64,000 nucleotides of DNA from Armatimonadota bacterium (lineage in GTDB: Bacteria; Armatimonadota; UBA10988): contig JACRKZ010000102.1 in NCBI GenBank assembly GCA_016235455.1, positions 7,744 to 71,743 on the forward strand, in the 5' to 3' direction. The position numbers and the translations under genes are program-made. Each line of letters opens with the position of its first letter. Position 1 is the first letter of the stretch. Of this stretch, positions 18,573-27,606 are shown piece by piece. A model generated the notes under the pieces. That model saw nothing but the letters and a program-made list of their open reading frames with translations. It searched no databases and was not told the DNA's origin.

Positions 18573-21500
18573 TCACTTGCCCAGCGGCGTTCCCTCGCTG
18601 ATCACCGTGACCTGGGCGCGCGCTCTCACGCCCGCCGGTGCCTCGGCGGCGAACGTCAGGGCGTTGGTGCCCGGCGCGAGGCTCGGCACCACGCCGCGCG
18701 GCGTCACATGCGCGATGACCGCGCCGCGCTCATCGCGCATGGTAGCCTCGCCGGTCCCCTCGTACTCCAGGTACTGGCCGCTCTCCAAGGTGACCGGGAA
18801 GCTCAGCGCCTGGCCCGCCACCGTTACCGTCGGGTTGGTCAGTTTGACCTTGAGCACGGGCAGCGCCCTGACCGCGCTGAGGTAGCAGGTGATCGGCTCA
18901 CCAGGCGGCAGGTTGTTGGCCCACAGGTTGAACGCCCCCACCCGACCCCGCACCAACGGGCTGCGACCGACCTCGCAGGCCCCGCCATACGGCCAGAAGT
19001 AGTCCTGATGGCGCTGGGCATCACGCTCGCGCAGCAGCAGTTCCACGTAGCGCCAGCCGACGAAGTCGATGTCCACGTAGTGGTCGTCCCAGGCCGTGTA
19101 GTCCTCGCGGGTGTTGTTGAGCTGGAGGTTCAGCAACTCGCCCTTCCCATCGCCATGGATCCACACGCCCAGCGCGCCACACGCGCTCATGTTCAGCGGC
19201 GGCGTGAAGGCCTGGGCCAGTTTGGTCCACGCGCCGCGGCGCTCGGCCGTGGTGTTCGTGGCGGTCAGCCGGCCGCTCACGCTGCCCGCGCGCGCGGGCT
19301 CGGTGGCCGTGGTCAGGCTCTGCGTCGCGCCCGCCGCCTGCGGGGTGAACCGCTCGGGGCGGGTGAAGTCGGTGACCAGCACCCCGTCAGGCGAATCGTA
19401 GGGCTGCACGGCATACAACGCCTCGATCCGCAGCCGCAGCGGCTGGGCGGCGTGGCGATTGATCACCTGCCAGCGGCCGGAGCCGTCGTCGAGCGCGGTC
19501 ACGCGATGGTGCGCGTAGTCCGTGGGTCGCAGCTGCCAGGCGCCGCCCGCGGCCGGCGCGAGCCGGAACTGCTCGCCCGGCGCGCGCAGTCTGGCCAGCA
19601 CCTGCGGCGCGAACGCGCGGTCCAGCCGCAGCCGCTCATAGCGCCCGAGCAGGGCCAGGTACTCGTCCTGGCGCGCATTGGGCGGAGTGGGCCCGGCCTC
19701 GATGCCCTGCAGGCTTGACGAGTGGTCCCAGCCCAGGCACTTGCCGGCGAAGTACTCCATGTCCTCGGGGAACATGCCCGCGTGGTCGGCCGACGGGCCG
19801 TTGAGCACCCACCAGCCCATGTGGCCGGGCAGCATCTCGCCCGTCGCGTAGGTGGCCAGCTCGGCGCAGTGCAGGTCGGTGAAGCGGTTGTAGCCCCACA
19901 GCGGATGGTCCCAGGCGCCCACCCGCGAATGGAACGGCCAGGCGCCCCACGAGCCCGAGCTGGACTCGACCAGCACGCGTCCCTTCAGCCGGCGGAAGAT
20001 GGCCTGCTTCATGACGGCCACCGCGTGCGCGGTCTTCATGCCCTCGGAGCCGTCCATGTAGATCATGTCGAACCCGCAGGTGTTGTAGACCTCGGCGATG
20101 CGCGCGGCCAGTTCATCGACCAGCGTGCTGCCCTCGTCGGGGATGTAGCAGCAGTAGCTGGCCAGCAGATGGTCCGTCGCGTCGCCCTGAGCATGCGCCG
20201 CCGGCCGGGTCCCCCACCGCCCGCGCGTGCAGCCGTTGAAGCCGTAGGGCGGCTGGCTGGCGATGCCGCTGTAGGCGATGATCTCGTCGCCGATCTGGAT
20301 GGTGTTGCCCGTGCTCATATCGCTCCAGAAGGTCTCCAGCCCTTCGGGCCGCTCGACGGTCGGGATCACCTTGTCGTTCGGGCCGATATCGCCGGCCAGC
20401 GTGAAATGGGCGTCCTTGGCCAGCCGCTTGTCGGGCACCGGCGCCACCCAGGGGTCGTCGACCTGGATGCACCCGGTGAGCGTATGCATGCCGGCCTTGA
20501 GCCCGGCCGCATGGACCTTGGCCACCACCTGCGCGAGCCCGGCCAGGCCGTGGGGGAACAGCGCCGGATTGGGCTCGTAGTGCCCCATGGTGCGCCACCA
20601 CGGGTGGAAGTGGATCTCGGCGAAGCCGCCGCGGCGGGCCAGGGCGATCCACTCGTCGACATTGGCCTCGGAGATCGTGGCGAACACGTATGAGCCGCGA
20701 TTCTCGGGCGCGTCGAGCGCGAACGGCCCGCCCAGCGGCGAGTACGGCAGCCCTTCGGCGCGTACGACGTCCTGCAGCACGCTCCTGATGGCCGCCTGCG
20801 GGCACGCGACCAGCGCCACCTTGGCGCCGACGAGGCCGTAGCGGCGCTCGCAGCGCGGCGTGAGCACGGCCGGCTCGCCGCCCTGCACCGCGGCCTCGAC
20901 CTGCAGGTTGAGCGGCACAGTGGCCGCGGCAAAGTCGGCGTTCACCGCCCAGGCTACGGAGGCGCTGGAGCGCTTGGCGCCGGCGAAGGCCACGCGCCCG
21001 AAGACCACCTGCTCGACCTGCGGGTCGCTGACCGACAGTAGCTCGCAGACCAGGTAGCGACCGCGGTCGGTGACCTTGACCCGCGCGCTGACGCCCGACC
21101 GACCAAAGGTGAAGCTGAGCACGCCGTCACGGTACCCGCAGGCGCTCGGCCGGAAGGTCGTCCCGCCACGCCGGATGCTGACGAAGTCGACGGCCGGCTG
21201 GCCACCATGGTCGCGGCCGGTGGCGCGGTCCACCAGCCCCACCACACGACCGCGCTGGTCGAGCAGCAGGCGCGCTGAGCGAGTCTCCAGGGTCACCGCG
21301 GGCTTGGCCGGAACCGTCGGCATCGGTGCGTAGGCGACGCTGGTCCGCTGTGGCGCGCCGGCCCGATAGTCCGCGAGCACCTGCTCGGGCGTCAGCGCGC
21401 GGTTGTAGAGCTTCACCTCGTCGATCAGGCCGGTATGGCCGGGCTGCTCACCGGCCCAGCGCCCGACCTGCAAGTCGCCCGTGGCTCCCACCGGATAGTC

Positions 21501-22046
21501 CCATTGGGCGGTGCCGACCTGCTTGCCATCGAGGTAGGTGGTCACCGTGGGCCGCGCGAAGGTGGCGGCCAGATGGTACCAGCGACCCGGCTCGAAATGC
21601 CCGAGGCCGACGCCGACCTCGGTCCAGTCGGTCATGGCCATCGGCGCGCGGCCAGGCTTGCCCATGCGGAACGAGCAGTCCTGGTCGGAGACGAACAGCA
21701 TGAAGCCGCCGGGGCACCAGTTGCCCGTGGTGAGGATGTTGGGGTAACGCCCGCCACGTTCCCAACAGACCCACGCCTCGACGGTCAGCGCGGCGGCACC
21801 ATCGAGCCCGGCCGGACAGGGGATGGACACCCAAGCGCCGTTGCCACCGAAGCGCAGTGCCGTGCCAAACGCGCCGCGCACCCACGCCGCGCCGTGGACC
21901 TCACCGTCATTGCCCTGACCCGAGCCGTCAACCACGACGTCACCGGCGCCATCGTCGAAGCGCCAGTCGCCCAGCAGCCCTGGGGTCTGGGCGCGGAGCA
22001 GCCCGCACGCCAGCAGCAGCAACAGAACGGCGCTCCGGTTGGCCAT
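18573..22046 (-). CDS. Large secreted LamG (concanavalin-like) domain protein, probable glycan-active enzyme (1157 aa)
   Basis: Track ORF trimmed to ATG 22046 (AGGAGGG 6 nt upstream), giving MANRSAVLLLLLACGLLRAQ. N-terminal LamG pattern: LLGDWRFDDGAGDVVVDGSGQGNDGEVHGAAW ... GLIDEVKLYNRALTPEQV. The rest is large and unassigned. Confidence 0.75.
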   Translation of the reverse strand: MANRSAVLLLLLACGLLRAQTPGLLGDWRFDDGAGDVVVDGSGQGNDGEVHGAAWVRGAFGTALRFGGNGAWVSIPCPAGLDGAAALTVEAWVCWERGGRYPNILTTGNWCPGGFMLFVSDQDCSFRMGKPGRAPMAMTDWTEVGVGLGHFEPGRWYHLAATFARPTVTTYLDGKQVGTAQWDYPVGATGDLQVGRWAGEQPGHTGLIDEVKLYNRALTPEQVLADYRAGAPQRTSVAYAPMPTVPAKPAVTLETRSARLLLDQRGRVVGLVDRATGRDHGGQPAVDFVSIRRGGTTFRPSACGYRDGVLSFTFGRSGVSARVKVTDRGRYLVCELLSVSDPQVEQVVFGRVAFAGAKRSSASVAWAVNADFAAATVPLNLQVEAAVQGGEPAVLTPRCERRYGLVGAKVALVACPQAAIRSVLQDVVRAEGLPYSPLGGPFALDAPENRGSYVFATISEANVDEWIALARRGGFAEIHFHPWWRTMGHYEPNPALFPHGLAGLAQVVAKVHAAGLKAGMHTLTGCIQVDDPWVAPVPDKRLAKDAHFTLAGDIGPNDKVIPTVERPEGLETFWSDMSTGNTIQIGDEIIAYSGIASQPPYGFNGCTRGRWGTRPAAHAQGDATDHLLASYCCYIPDEGSTLVDELAARIAEVYNTCGFDMIYMDGSEGMKTAHAVAVMKQAIFRRLKGRVLVESSSGSWGAWPFHSRVGAWDHPLWGYNRFTDLHCAELATYATGEMLPGHMGWWVLNGPSADHAGMFPEDMEYFAGKCLGWDHSSSLQGIEAGPTPPNARQDEYLALLGRYERLRLDRAFAPQVLARLRAPGEQFRLAPAAGGAWQLRPTDYAHHRVTALDDGSGRWQVINRHAAQPLRLRIEALYAVQPYDSPDGVLVTDFTRPERFTPQAAGATQSLTTATEPARAGSVSGRLTATNTTAERRGAWTKLAQAFTPPLNMSACGALGVWIHGDGKGELLNLQLNNTREDYTAWDDHYVDIDFVGWRYVELLLRERDAQRHQDYFWPYGGACEVGRSPLVRGRVGAFNLWANNLPPGEPITCYLSAVRALPVLKVKLTNPTVTVAGQALSFPVTLESGQYLEYEGTGEATMRDERGAVIAHVTPRGVVPSLAPGTNALTFAAEAPAGVRARAQVTVISEGTPLGK

Positions 22047-22100
22047 GGTCGGCCCTCCTGTGTCGGGTGGAGGCCTTCGGCGGTGGGCTGGCAGGACCTT

Positions 22101-22130
22101 CTGACGGCCGTGCCCGCGACGTGGCATAAT
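22101..22130 (+). promoter_or_regulatory. Candidate sigma70-type promoter with extended -10 for the PtuA-like gene
   Basis: CTGACG (22101-22106), 18-nt spacer, then TGgCATAAT (TG at 22122-22123, CATAAT at 22125-22130). Followed by GGAGG at 22143-22147 and GTG at 22157. Confidence 0.4.
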
Positions 22131-22156
22131 GGGTGGCGGCTTGGAGGCGACGAGCA

Positions 22157-24190
22157 GTGCTTCAGTACCTGCGACTAGAGAACGTCGGGCCGGCGCCCGA
22201 GATGGCGTTCGACTTCGCGCCGCGGCTCAATCTGTTGACCGGCGACAACGGGCTGGGCAAGAGCTTCGTGCTGGATGTCGCTTGGTGGGCGCTGACGGGG
22301 ACGTGGGCCAATGGCATCGCGATCCCTCCGGCGGAGGCTGCAGCCCCAGCGATCGCCTTTCGGCACACGTCTGCCGACGCGGGCGCAACGCGGCCCACGC
22401 TCGCTGTCAAGCGCGCTGACTCGGTTGGGCTGGACTGGCCGCAGCTAGCCAGAGCACGACTGCTCGCACACGGCCATGACCAGAACGAGTGGGGGTCCCT
22501 TCTCCCGGCACTGCTAGAGCAACAGGCAGGCGACACCGACCTGTTGGCGACCGGCCGCGCGTGGCTCATGGGCCGCGAAGACCAGGCGGGCTGGAGCCAG
22601 GTCTGGCAGACGCTGCTAGCCATGCAGCCGGGCGACGCCGACCTGTTGGCGACCGGCCGCACGTGGCTCACCGGCCGCGAGAACCGGGCGGAGTGGGCGC
22701 ACGTCTACCAGACGCTGCTGGCGGCGCAGCCGGGCGACGCCGAGCTGTTTGCGACCGGCCGCGCGTGGCTCGCGGGCCGCGACGACCGGGCGGAGTGGAG
22801 CTACGTCTGGCAGACGCTGCTGGCGGCGCAGGCGGGCGACGCCGAACTGTTGGCGACCGGCCGCGCGTGGCTCGCGGGCCGCGAGGACCGGGCGGAGTGG
22901 AGCCACGTCTGGCGGAGGCTGTTGGCGGCGCAGCCGGGCGACACCGACCTGTTGGCGACCGGCCGCGCGTGGCTCATGGGGCGCGAGGAGCAGGCGGGCT
23001 GGAGCCAGGTCTGGCAGACGCTGCTAGCGACGCAGCCGGGCGACACCGGCCTGCCAATGGGCGAGCTGGCGAAACTACTCGGCCAACTAACCCACGTGGG
23101 CGGACGCGCAGAGACCGTGCACGGCGGCCGAGCGGATCTTGCAGGCGGGTCTGCGTCCAGAGGGCCCCGTGCATCAGCTGGCCCGCAAGACCGCCTTGGC
23201 CTGTACGATCGCGCCACGCAGCAATGGAGGATCGGCAAGGCGTTACCCGGCCACGCTGGCCTTGTCGTCTACATGCGGGTGGACGGTGGGTTCGCAGTTT
23301 GGGATCCGCAGCGCAACGCGGTCAGCGCCGACGGGCCGGGGCGGCCACCAGCGTTTGTGTTCACAGCCGATGAGCTGTGGTCGGGCAACTCAGCCTGCGA
23401 AGGCCTGGTACGCGACTGGACGTCTTGGCAGCGCGAAGGAAACAACGCGTTTCAGCTCCTCTCGAGAGTGCTCGAAGAGCTGGCGCCCGCCGCAGAGGAG
23501 CCGCTGGTGCCCGGTGAGCCGCGACGCATAGCCGTGGGCGACCCCAGAGACTACCCGACTCTGCGGATGCCGTACGGCGAAGACGTTCCGGTGGTGCATG
23601 TCTCCGCAGGCATGAAGCGCATTATCAGTCTGGCCTATCTGCTAGTCTGGACTTGGCGTGAACACCAGGAGATATGCCAGTTGCTCGGGCAGCGGCCAAC
23701 TGACGAACTGGTCCTTCTCGTCGATGAGGTCGAGACGCACCTGCATCCACGTTGGCAACGCTGTATCGTACCCGCCCTTCTGACGGTAATGGACACCATC
23801 ACCGCCGGTTGTCGACTTCAGGCCATCGTGGCCACCCACTCGCCGCTGGTCCTCGCCTCGATGGAAGACACCTTCGACACGAGCACCGACCAGGTCTTCG
23901 ACCTGGAGCTGACCGACGGCCAGGTCGAGGTGCGCCGGCTGCCCTACGAGCCGCTGGGCACCGCCGACGACTGGCTGACCTCCGACGCCATCGGCTTGCG
24001 CTCGGCGCGCGGCTCCTTGGTGCAGGAGGCGCTGCTCGAGGAACTGGCGGCAGCCTGGAACGATCCCGCGCTCACCGAACCGCGTTACCGCGAGCTGTCG
24101 GAGAAGCTGGCGTCGTCGTCCATGCGTGACACCGACCCTGTGCGCAGCCGCTGGCTGGCGCTGGGCGAGCGCCGAGGGTTCGTGTCGTGA
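22157..24190 (+). CDS. PtuA-like ABC/SMC-type AAA ATPase (Septu-like defence) with inserted TPR-like repeat array
   Basis: The track ORF starts at GTG 22133. GTG 22157 (MLQYLRLENVGP) has GGAGG 9 nt upstream. Walker A LLTGDNGLGKS (22241-22264), signature-like VSAGMKRIISL, Walker B VLLVDEVETHLHP (23711-23749), ATHSP. Five 34-aa repeats lie between Walker A and the signature motif. Confidence 0.75.
   Translation: MLQYLRLENVGPAPEMAFDFAPRLNLLTGDNGLGKSFVLDVAWWALTGTWANGIAIPPAEAAAPAIAFRHTSADAGATRPTLAVKRADSVGLDWPQLARARLLAHGHDQNEWGSLLPALLEQQAGDTDLLATGRAWLMGREDQAGWSQVWQTLLAMQPGDADLLATGRTWLTGRENRAEWAHVYQTLLAAQPGDAELFATGRAWLAGRDDRAEWSYVWQTLLAAQAGDAELLATGRAWLAGREDRAEWSHVWRRLLAAQPGDTDLLATGRAWLMGREEQAGWSQVWQTLLATQPGDTGLPMGELAKLLGQLTHVGGRAETVHGGRADLAGGSASRGPRASAGPQDRLGLYDRATQQWRIGKALPGHAGLVVYMRVDGGFAVWDPQRNAVSADGPGRPPAFVFTADELWSGNSACEGLVRDWTSWQREGNNAFQLLSRVLEELAPAAEEPLVPGEPRRIAVGDPRDYPTLRMPYGEDVPVVHVSAGMKRIISLAYLLVWTWREHQEICQLLGQRPTDELVLLVDEVETHLHPRWQRCIVPALLTVMDTITAGCRLQAIVATHSPLVLASMEDTFDTSTDQVFDLELTDGQVEVRRLPYEPLGTADDWLTSDAIGLRSARGSLVQEALLEELAAAWNDPALTEPRYRELSEKLASSSMRDTDPVRSRWLALGERRGFVS
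22529..23038 (+). repeat. Tandem repeat, 5 x 102 bp (in frame, 34 aa each), flanked by degenerate partial units
   Basis: Units start at 22529, 22631, 22733, 22835 and 22937. Consensus: GDxDLLATGRAWLxGRxDxAxWSxVWQTLLAxQP. Units 1 and 5 differ at about 5 of 102 nt, and units 3 and 4 at about 8 of 102 nt (hand comparison). Confidence 0.95.
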
Positions 24191-24753
24191 TCCGTGTCAA
24201 ACCAGCACCAGAACCGCCGTCGTTCGACGAGCGAGTTCGCCAACCCGGCTTGGCGCAGTTGCCTGAGCTGAAGCCGCACTGGCGCCGCTGTCTACCCGAC
24301 CTGCTCGCCGCGTACCAGCACATCTGCGCCTACTCGTGCTTCTACATCCATCCGGTCGCCGGCGCGCGTACCGTCGAGCACTTCGGGCCGAAGTCGGCGT
24401 CGCCCGAGCTGGCCTACGAATGGTCGAACTACCGCCTGGTGTGCAGCCTGATGAACAGCCGCAAACAGGCCTTCGACGATGTCCTCGACCCGTTTGAGAT
24501 CGAGAACGGGTGGTTCGTGCTCGACTTCGTGAATTTTGAGGTCCATCCGGACGTTGAGCTGGCCATTGACCACGCCGCCATCCAGGCCACAATCGACCGG
24601 CTCGGACTCAACGACGCGCCCTGCCCGAGCACGCGCCAGCAGGAGTACGAGATGTATGAGCGCGGCGACGCCTCCTGGCGGCATCTCTGTCGCGTCAGCC
24701 CCTTCGTCGCCGCCGAAGTGGAGCGCCAAGGCCTGCGCCGGGCCGGCGACTGA
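24187..24753 (+). CDS. PtuB-like HNH nuclease-family protein
   Basis: The GTG start overlaps the PtuA-like stop (GTGA, 24187-24190). Core ICAYSCFYIHPVAGARTVEHFGPKSASPELAYEWSNYRLVCSLMNSRKQ resembles the CxYCE...EHxxPKS...W.N...C..CNxxK pattern of the HNH partner found next to such ATPases. Confidence 0.65.
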   Translation: MIRVKPAPEPPSFDERVRQPGLAQLPELKPHWRRCLPDLLAAYQHICAYSCFYIHPVAGARTVEHFGPKSASPELAYEWSNYRLVCSLMNSRKQAFDDVLDPFEIENGWFVLDFVNFEVHPDVELAIDHAAIQATIDRLGLNDAPCPSTRQQEYEMYERGDASWRHLCRVSPFVAAEVERQGLRRAGD

Positions 24754-24769
24754 TTCGTCGGAGACACCC

Positions 24770-25897
24770 ATGCCCAGGCTCAAATGGACCCGCCACGCCG
24801 ACCTGGCCATCTCGCGCGGCTGCTCCGTGCGGCGCGAGGAATACCTCGACCACATGACCTTCGCCGCCAATGCTCGGCCGCTGTTCACCGAGATCTTCGG
24901 CCCGCTCATTGGCCTCAAGGAGGAATGGGAGGAGCAGGGCGCCAGCCCCGAGGAACTCGACTTCTCCGCCTTTCGCTACCGCTGCCCGCTGACCGCGGGC
25001 CTGCCGATCAACACCGGTTGGCTCGGCGGGCCGGCGCCCGAGACGCTGTCCGAGACCGACGACTTCCTGACCTACCGCGATGCCATGGGCCGCACCATGA
25101 AGCTGGCCAAGGGCGTCTCGACGCTGGCGCTGCCCATGGACTGGCCCGTGCGCGGCATGGACGACTGGCTGGCCATCCGGCACCACTACGCCTTCGATGA
25201 GGCTCGTTTCGGCGCCGGCTGGGAGCAGATGGCCCGTGACCACCTGGCCGCCGGCCGCGCCGTGACCGTGTCCCTGCCCGGCGGCTACGACACGTCGCGG
25301 CAGCTCATGGGCGACGAGGCGGCCTGCCTGGCGTTTGCCGACCAGCCGGAGCTGATCGCCGACATCCTGCAGACCGTCGGCGCGATGGTCCAGCGGGTGC
25401 TCGACCGCGTGTCGGCGGCGGTGCAGGTAGACATCCTCAGTGTGCACGAGGACATGGCTGGCCGGAGCGGGCCGATGGTCGGGCCGCGGCAGGTGCGTGA
25501 GTTCATCGCACCCTACTACCGCCGCGTCTGGGACATGCTCGCCGAGCGGGGCGCGCGTCTGTTCGACCAGGATTCCGATGGCAACATGAACCCGGTCATC
25601 GACGCCTTCCTCGACGCGGGCGTCAACGTCATGCACCCCATGGAGCCCGCCGCCGGCATGGACATCGTGCAGGTGCGCCAGCGCTATGGCCGCCGACTGG
25701 CGTTCTATGGCGGCATCGACAAGCATGTGCTGCGCCGCTCGCACGAGGAGATCGACGCCGAGTTGGCGTACCGGGTCCCGCCGCTGCTGGCCTCGGGCGG
25801 GTGCGTGTTCGCGCTGGACCACCGCATTCCCAACGGCACGCCGCTGGGCAACTATCGGTACTATGTGCAGCGGATGTGGGAGATGCTGGGAGATTAG
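24770..25897 (+). CDS. Uroporphyrinogen-decarboxylase (URO-D)-like family protein
   Basis: Track ORF 24536-25897 trimmed to ATG 24770 (GGAGA upstream), giving MPRLKWTRHAD. The URO-D/MtaA-like C-terminal half includes DSDGNMNPVIDAFLDAGVNVMHPMEP. Confidence 0.6.
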   Translation: MPRLKWTRHADLAISRGCSVRREEYLDHMTFAANARPLFTEIFGPLIGLKEEWEEQGASPEELDFSAFRYRCPLTAGLPINTGWLGGPAPETLSETDDFLTYRDAMGRTMKLAKGVSTLALPMDWPVRGMDDWLAIRHHYAFDEARFGAGWEQMARDHLAAGRAVTVSLPGGYDTSRQLMGDEAACLAFADQPELIADILQTVGAMVQRVLDRVSAAVQVDILSVHEDMAGRSGPMVGPRQVREFIAPYYRRVWDMLAERGARLFDQDSDGNMNPVIDAFLDAGVNVMHPMEPAAGMDIVQVRQRYGRRLAFYGGIDKHVLRRSHEEIDAELAYRVPPLLASGGCVFALDHRIPNGTPLGNYRYYVQRMWEMLGD

Positions 25898-26019
25898 GTG
25901 CACCGAGCACGGCCGACTCTCTTTGGTTGTCTCAGAACAAAGAATCCAGAGAACGATGAATCTACATTTACAGCGACGGCACGCATGGCTACATTCGACA
26001 TAGTCGAATGGAGATCGAG

Positions 26020-27606
26020 ATGATATCGTGTCGGACTGGGCTCGCGACGGTGGTTCTGGTCGCGACACTCTCGCCGCTGTCAGCGCAGAACAGCAGCAGT
26101 ACCGGCGGCATCTGCGGCGTCCCGCCGCGCGAAGCCCTGTTGATACTCCGAGAGGCTGGGATGCCGTGGGCACCGTGCAAGGGTTGGGCCGACGTCATGG
26201 CCGCCGGCGGCGGCGAGCCCGGGCTTGACCTGTCGAGCTGGGGCAGCGGACGCACCTGGCGCACGCTCAAGGGCTGGAATCAGGATCTGACGGTCACTCA
26301 GCTCGGTAGCTGGGCGCAGACCTTGCGTGCGCCGGAGCGCGTGGCCAGCATCGAGCGACTCGGAGCCACGGGGCTCCCACAGGCCGTGGACGCACTGGCA
26401 GTGCTGCTTGACTCCAGCGATGTGGGCATCGCCCCGGCCGCAGGCAAGGCCTTGCGCCGACTTGCGGAACGGGGCTTGGTGAAGCCTGACCGGGTGGCGG
26501 ACTGGCTACAGGTCGGCGCCAAGCAAGCCGCAGCGATCAGCGTGGCGGCAGGGGTGAAGGACGAGACTGGCGTTATGGTAGATCGTGTCGCCAGCCTCGT
26601 CCCAGACCTGTTGCTGCGGGCAGACACCACGACCCTGGGTTGTGCGGCGCTGGCGCTGTACCGCAACGGCCGAAGCGAGCAGGTCGATGCTCTGCTCGGG
26701 TCGGGCGCGAAGGGCAGAGACAGGGACCTCGCCTATCAGGCACTCGCCGACATCGCCGGTGACGTGCGCCCCAACGACCTTCACTGGCTGCCCGGCACAT
26801 GGCAGAGCAAGACACGCGCCGATGAGCCTGACGCGTTGGCAGCGGCGGGGCTCCTGCTCCAGGCCAGCCTGGCCGCCCGCGCCGACCCGGCCACCGAGCT
26901 CGCAAGCGCCGCCCTGCTGGACGACCTACTGGCCGCGGACCGACCTGTTTGGCTGCGCGTGCACGTGGCTGACCTGATAGCGCGGCAGGGCCTCCTTGCC
27001 GACTGCCGGCCGCGCCCCGGCGGCGCCACGCTAGGCGAGCACGCCAGCCAGACCCCGGCTGAGATAGTGGCCAGCGGCACGCTGCCAACCGAGTCGATTT
27101 GGTGGCTTGTGTACCACTTCAGTGTGCCCTGCGCGCTCCGCGCGGGGTGGCCACTACCGAACCACACAGGGATCCTCTCATGCAAACCGACGGCAGAGAA
27201 CACCACCTGCGCCGCGCAATGCCGGGCCATCGGCAAGCTGGCCAAGGAGCGAGGTGAGCACATCGTCGCCCGGTACGTCGAGTTGAACGCAGGCACCCAG
27301 CATGCCGCCTGCGGTGTGTTGCTCCGCGACTCATCGTGCGACAAAGCCTGGGATCAGGAGTTCGTGCTCGTTCGCCTGGCCCACACCGCTTGTGCCGAGG
27401 CAAGGACGTTCGCGCGCTGCGTCGAGCTCAACTACGTCAAGCCCGACACGGTCGGCGCCATTGACGTACTTGCATTGTCGTACAGCTGGCACAACGGCAG
27501 GTACGAACTGGTGACGACGGCAAGCGGCGCTGTTGCGCGGAACGCTTTCGCGCGTATGGTCACAAACAATCTCGGCCACCTGAACTGGAAGGAGACGGAC
27601 ACATGA
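26020..27606 (+). CDS. Secreted hypothetical protein, HEAT-like repeat segment plus Cys-rich C-terminal domain
   Basis: ATG 26020 (GGAGA 5 nt upstream; alternative ATG at 26008) gives MISCRTGLATVVLVATLSPLSAQ. HEAT-like IERLGATGLPQAVDALAVLLDSSDVGIAPAAGKALRRL. The C-terminal ~150 aa contain 8 Cys. A lower-GC patch lies upstream. Confidence 0.7.
   Translation: MISCRTGLATVVLVATLSPLSAQNSSSTGGICGVPPREALLILREAGMPWAPCKGWADVMAAGGGEPGLDLSSWGSGRTWRTLKGWNQDLTVTQLGSWAQTLRAPERVASIERLGATGLPQAVDALAVLLDSSDVGIAPAAGKALRRLAERGLVKPDRVADWLQVGAKQAAAISVAAGVKDETGVMVDRVASLVPDLLLRADTTTLGCAALALYRNGRSEQVDALLGSGAKGRDRDLAYQALADIAGDVRPNDLHWLPGTWQSKTRADEPDALAAAGLLLQASLAARADPATELASAALLDDLLAADRPVWLRVHVADLIARQGLLADCRPRPGGATLGEHASQTPAEIVASGTLPTESIWWLVYHFSVPCALRAGWPLPNHTGILSCKPTAENTTCAAQCRAIGKLAKERGEHIVARYVELNAGTQHAACGVLLRDSSCDKAWDQEFVLVRLAHTACAEARTFARCVELNYVKPDTVGAIDVLALSYSWHNGRYELVTTASGAVARNAFARMVTNNLGHLNWKETDT

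Noticed and set aside
22529-23038. The tandem repeats as a possible CRISPR array
   Set aside because: The units are directly abutting with no spacers, are 102 bp long and in frame within a protein, and encode a helical repeat.
22489-23373. Alternative-frame and antisense ORFs across the 102-bp repeat array (22489-23373 +, 22801-23238 -, 22616-22906 -, 22749-23027 +)
   Set aside because: The repeats keep all frames open. Only the 22157 frame links a Walker A N-terminus to a Walker B/ATHSP C-terminus.
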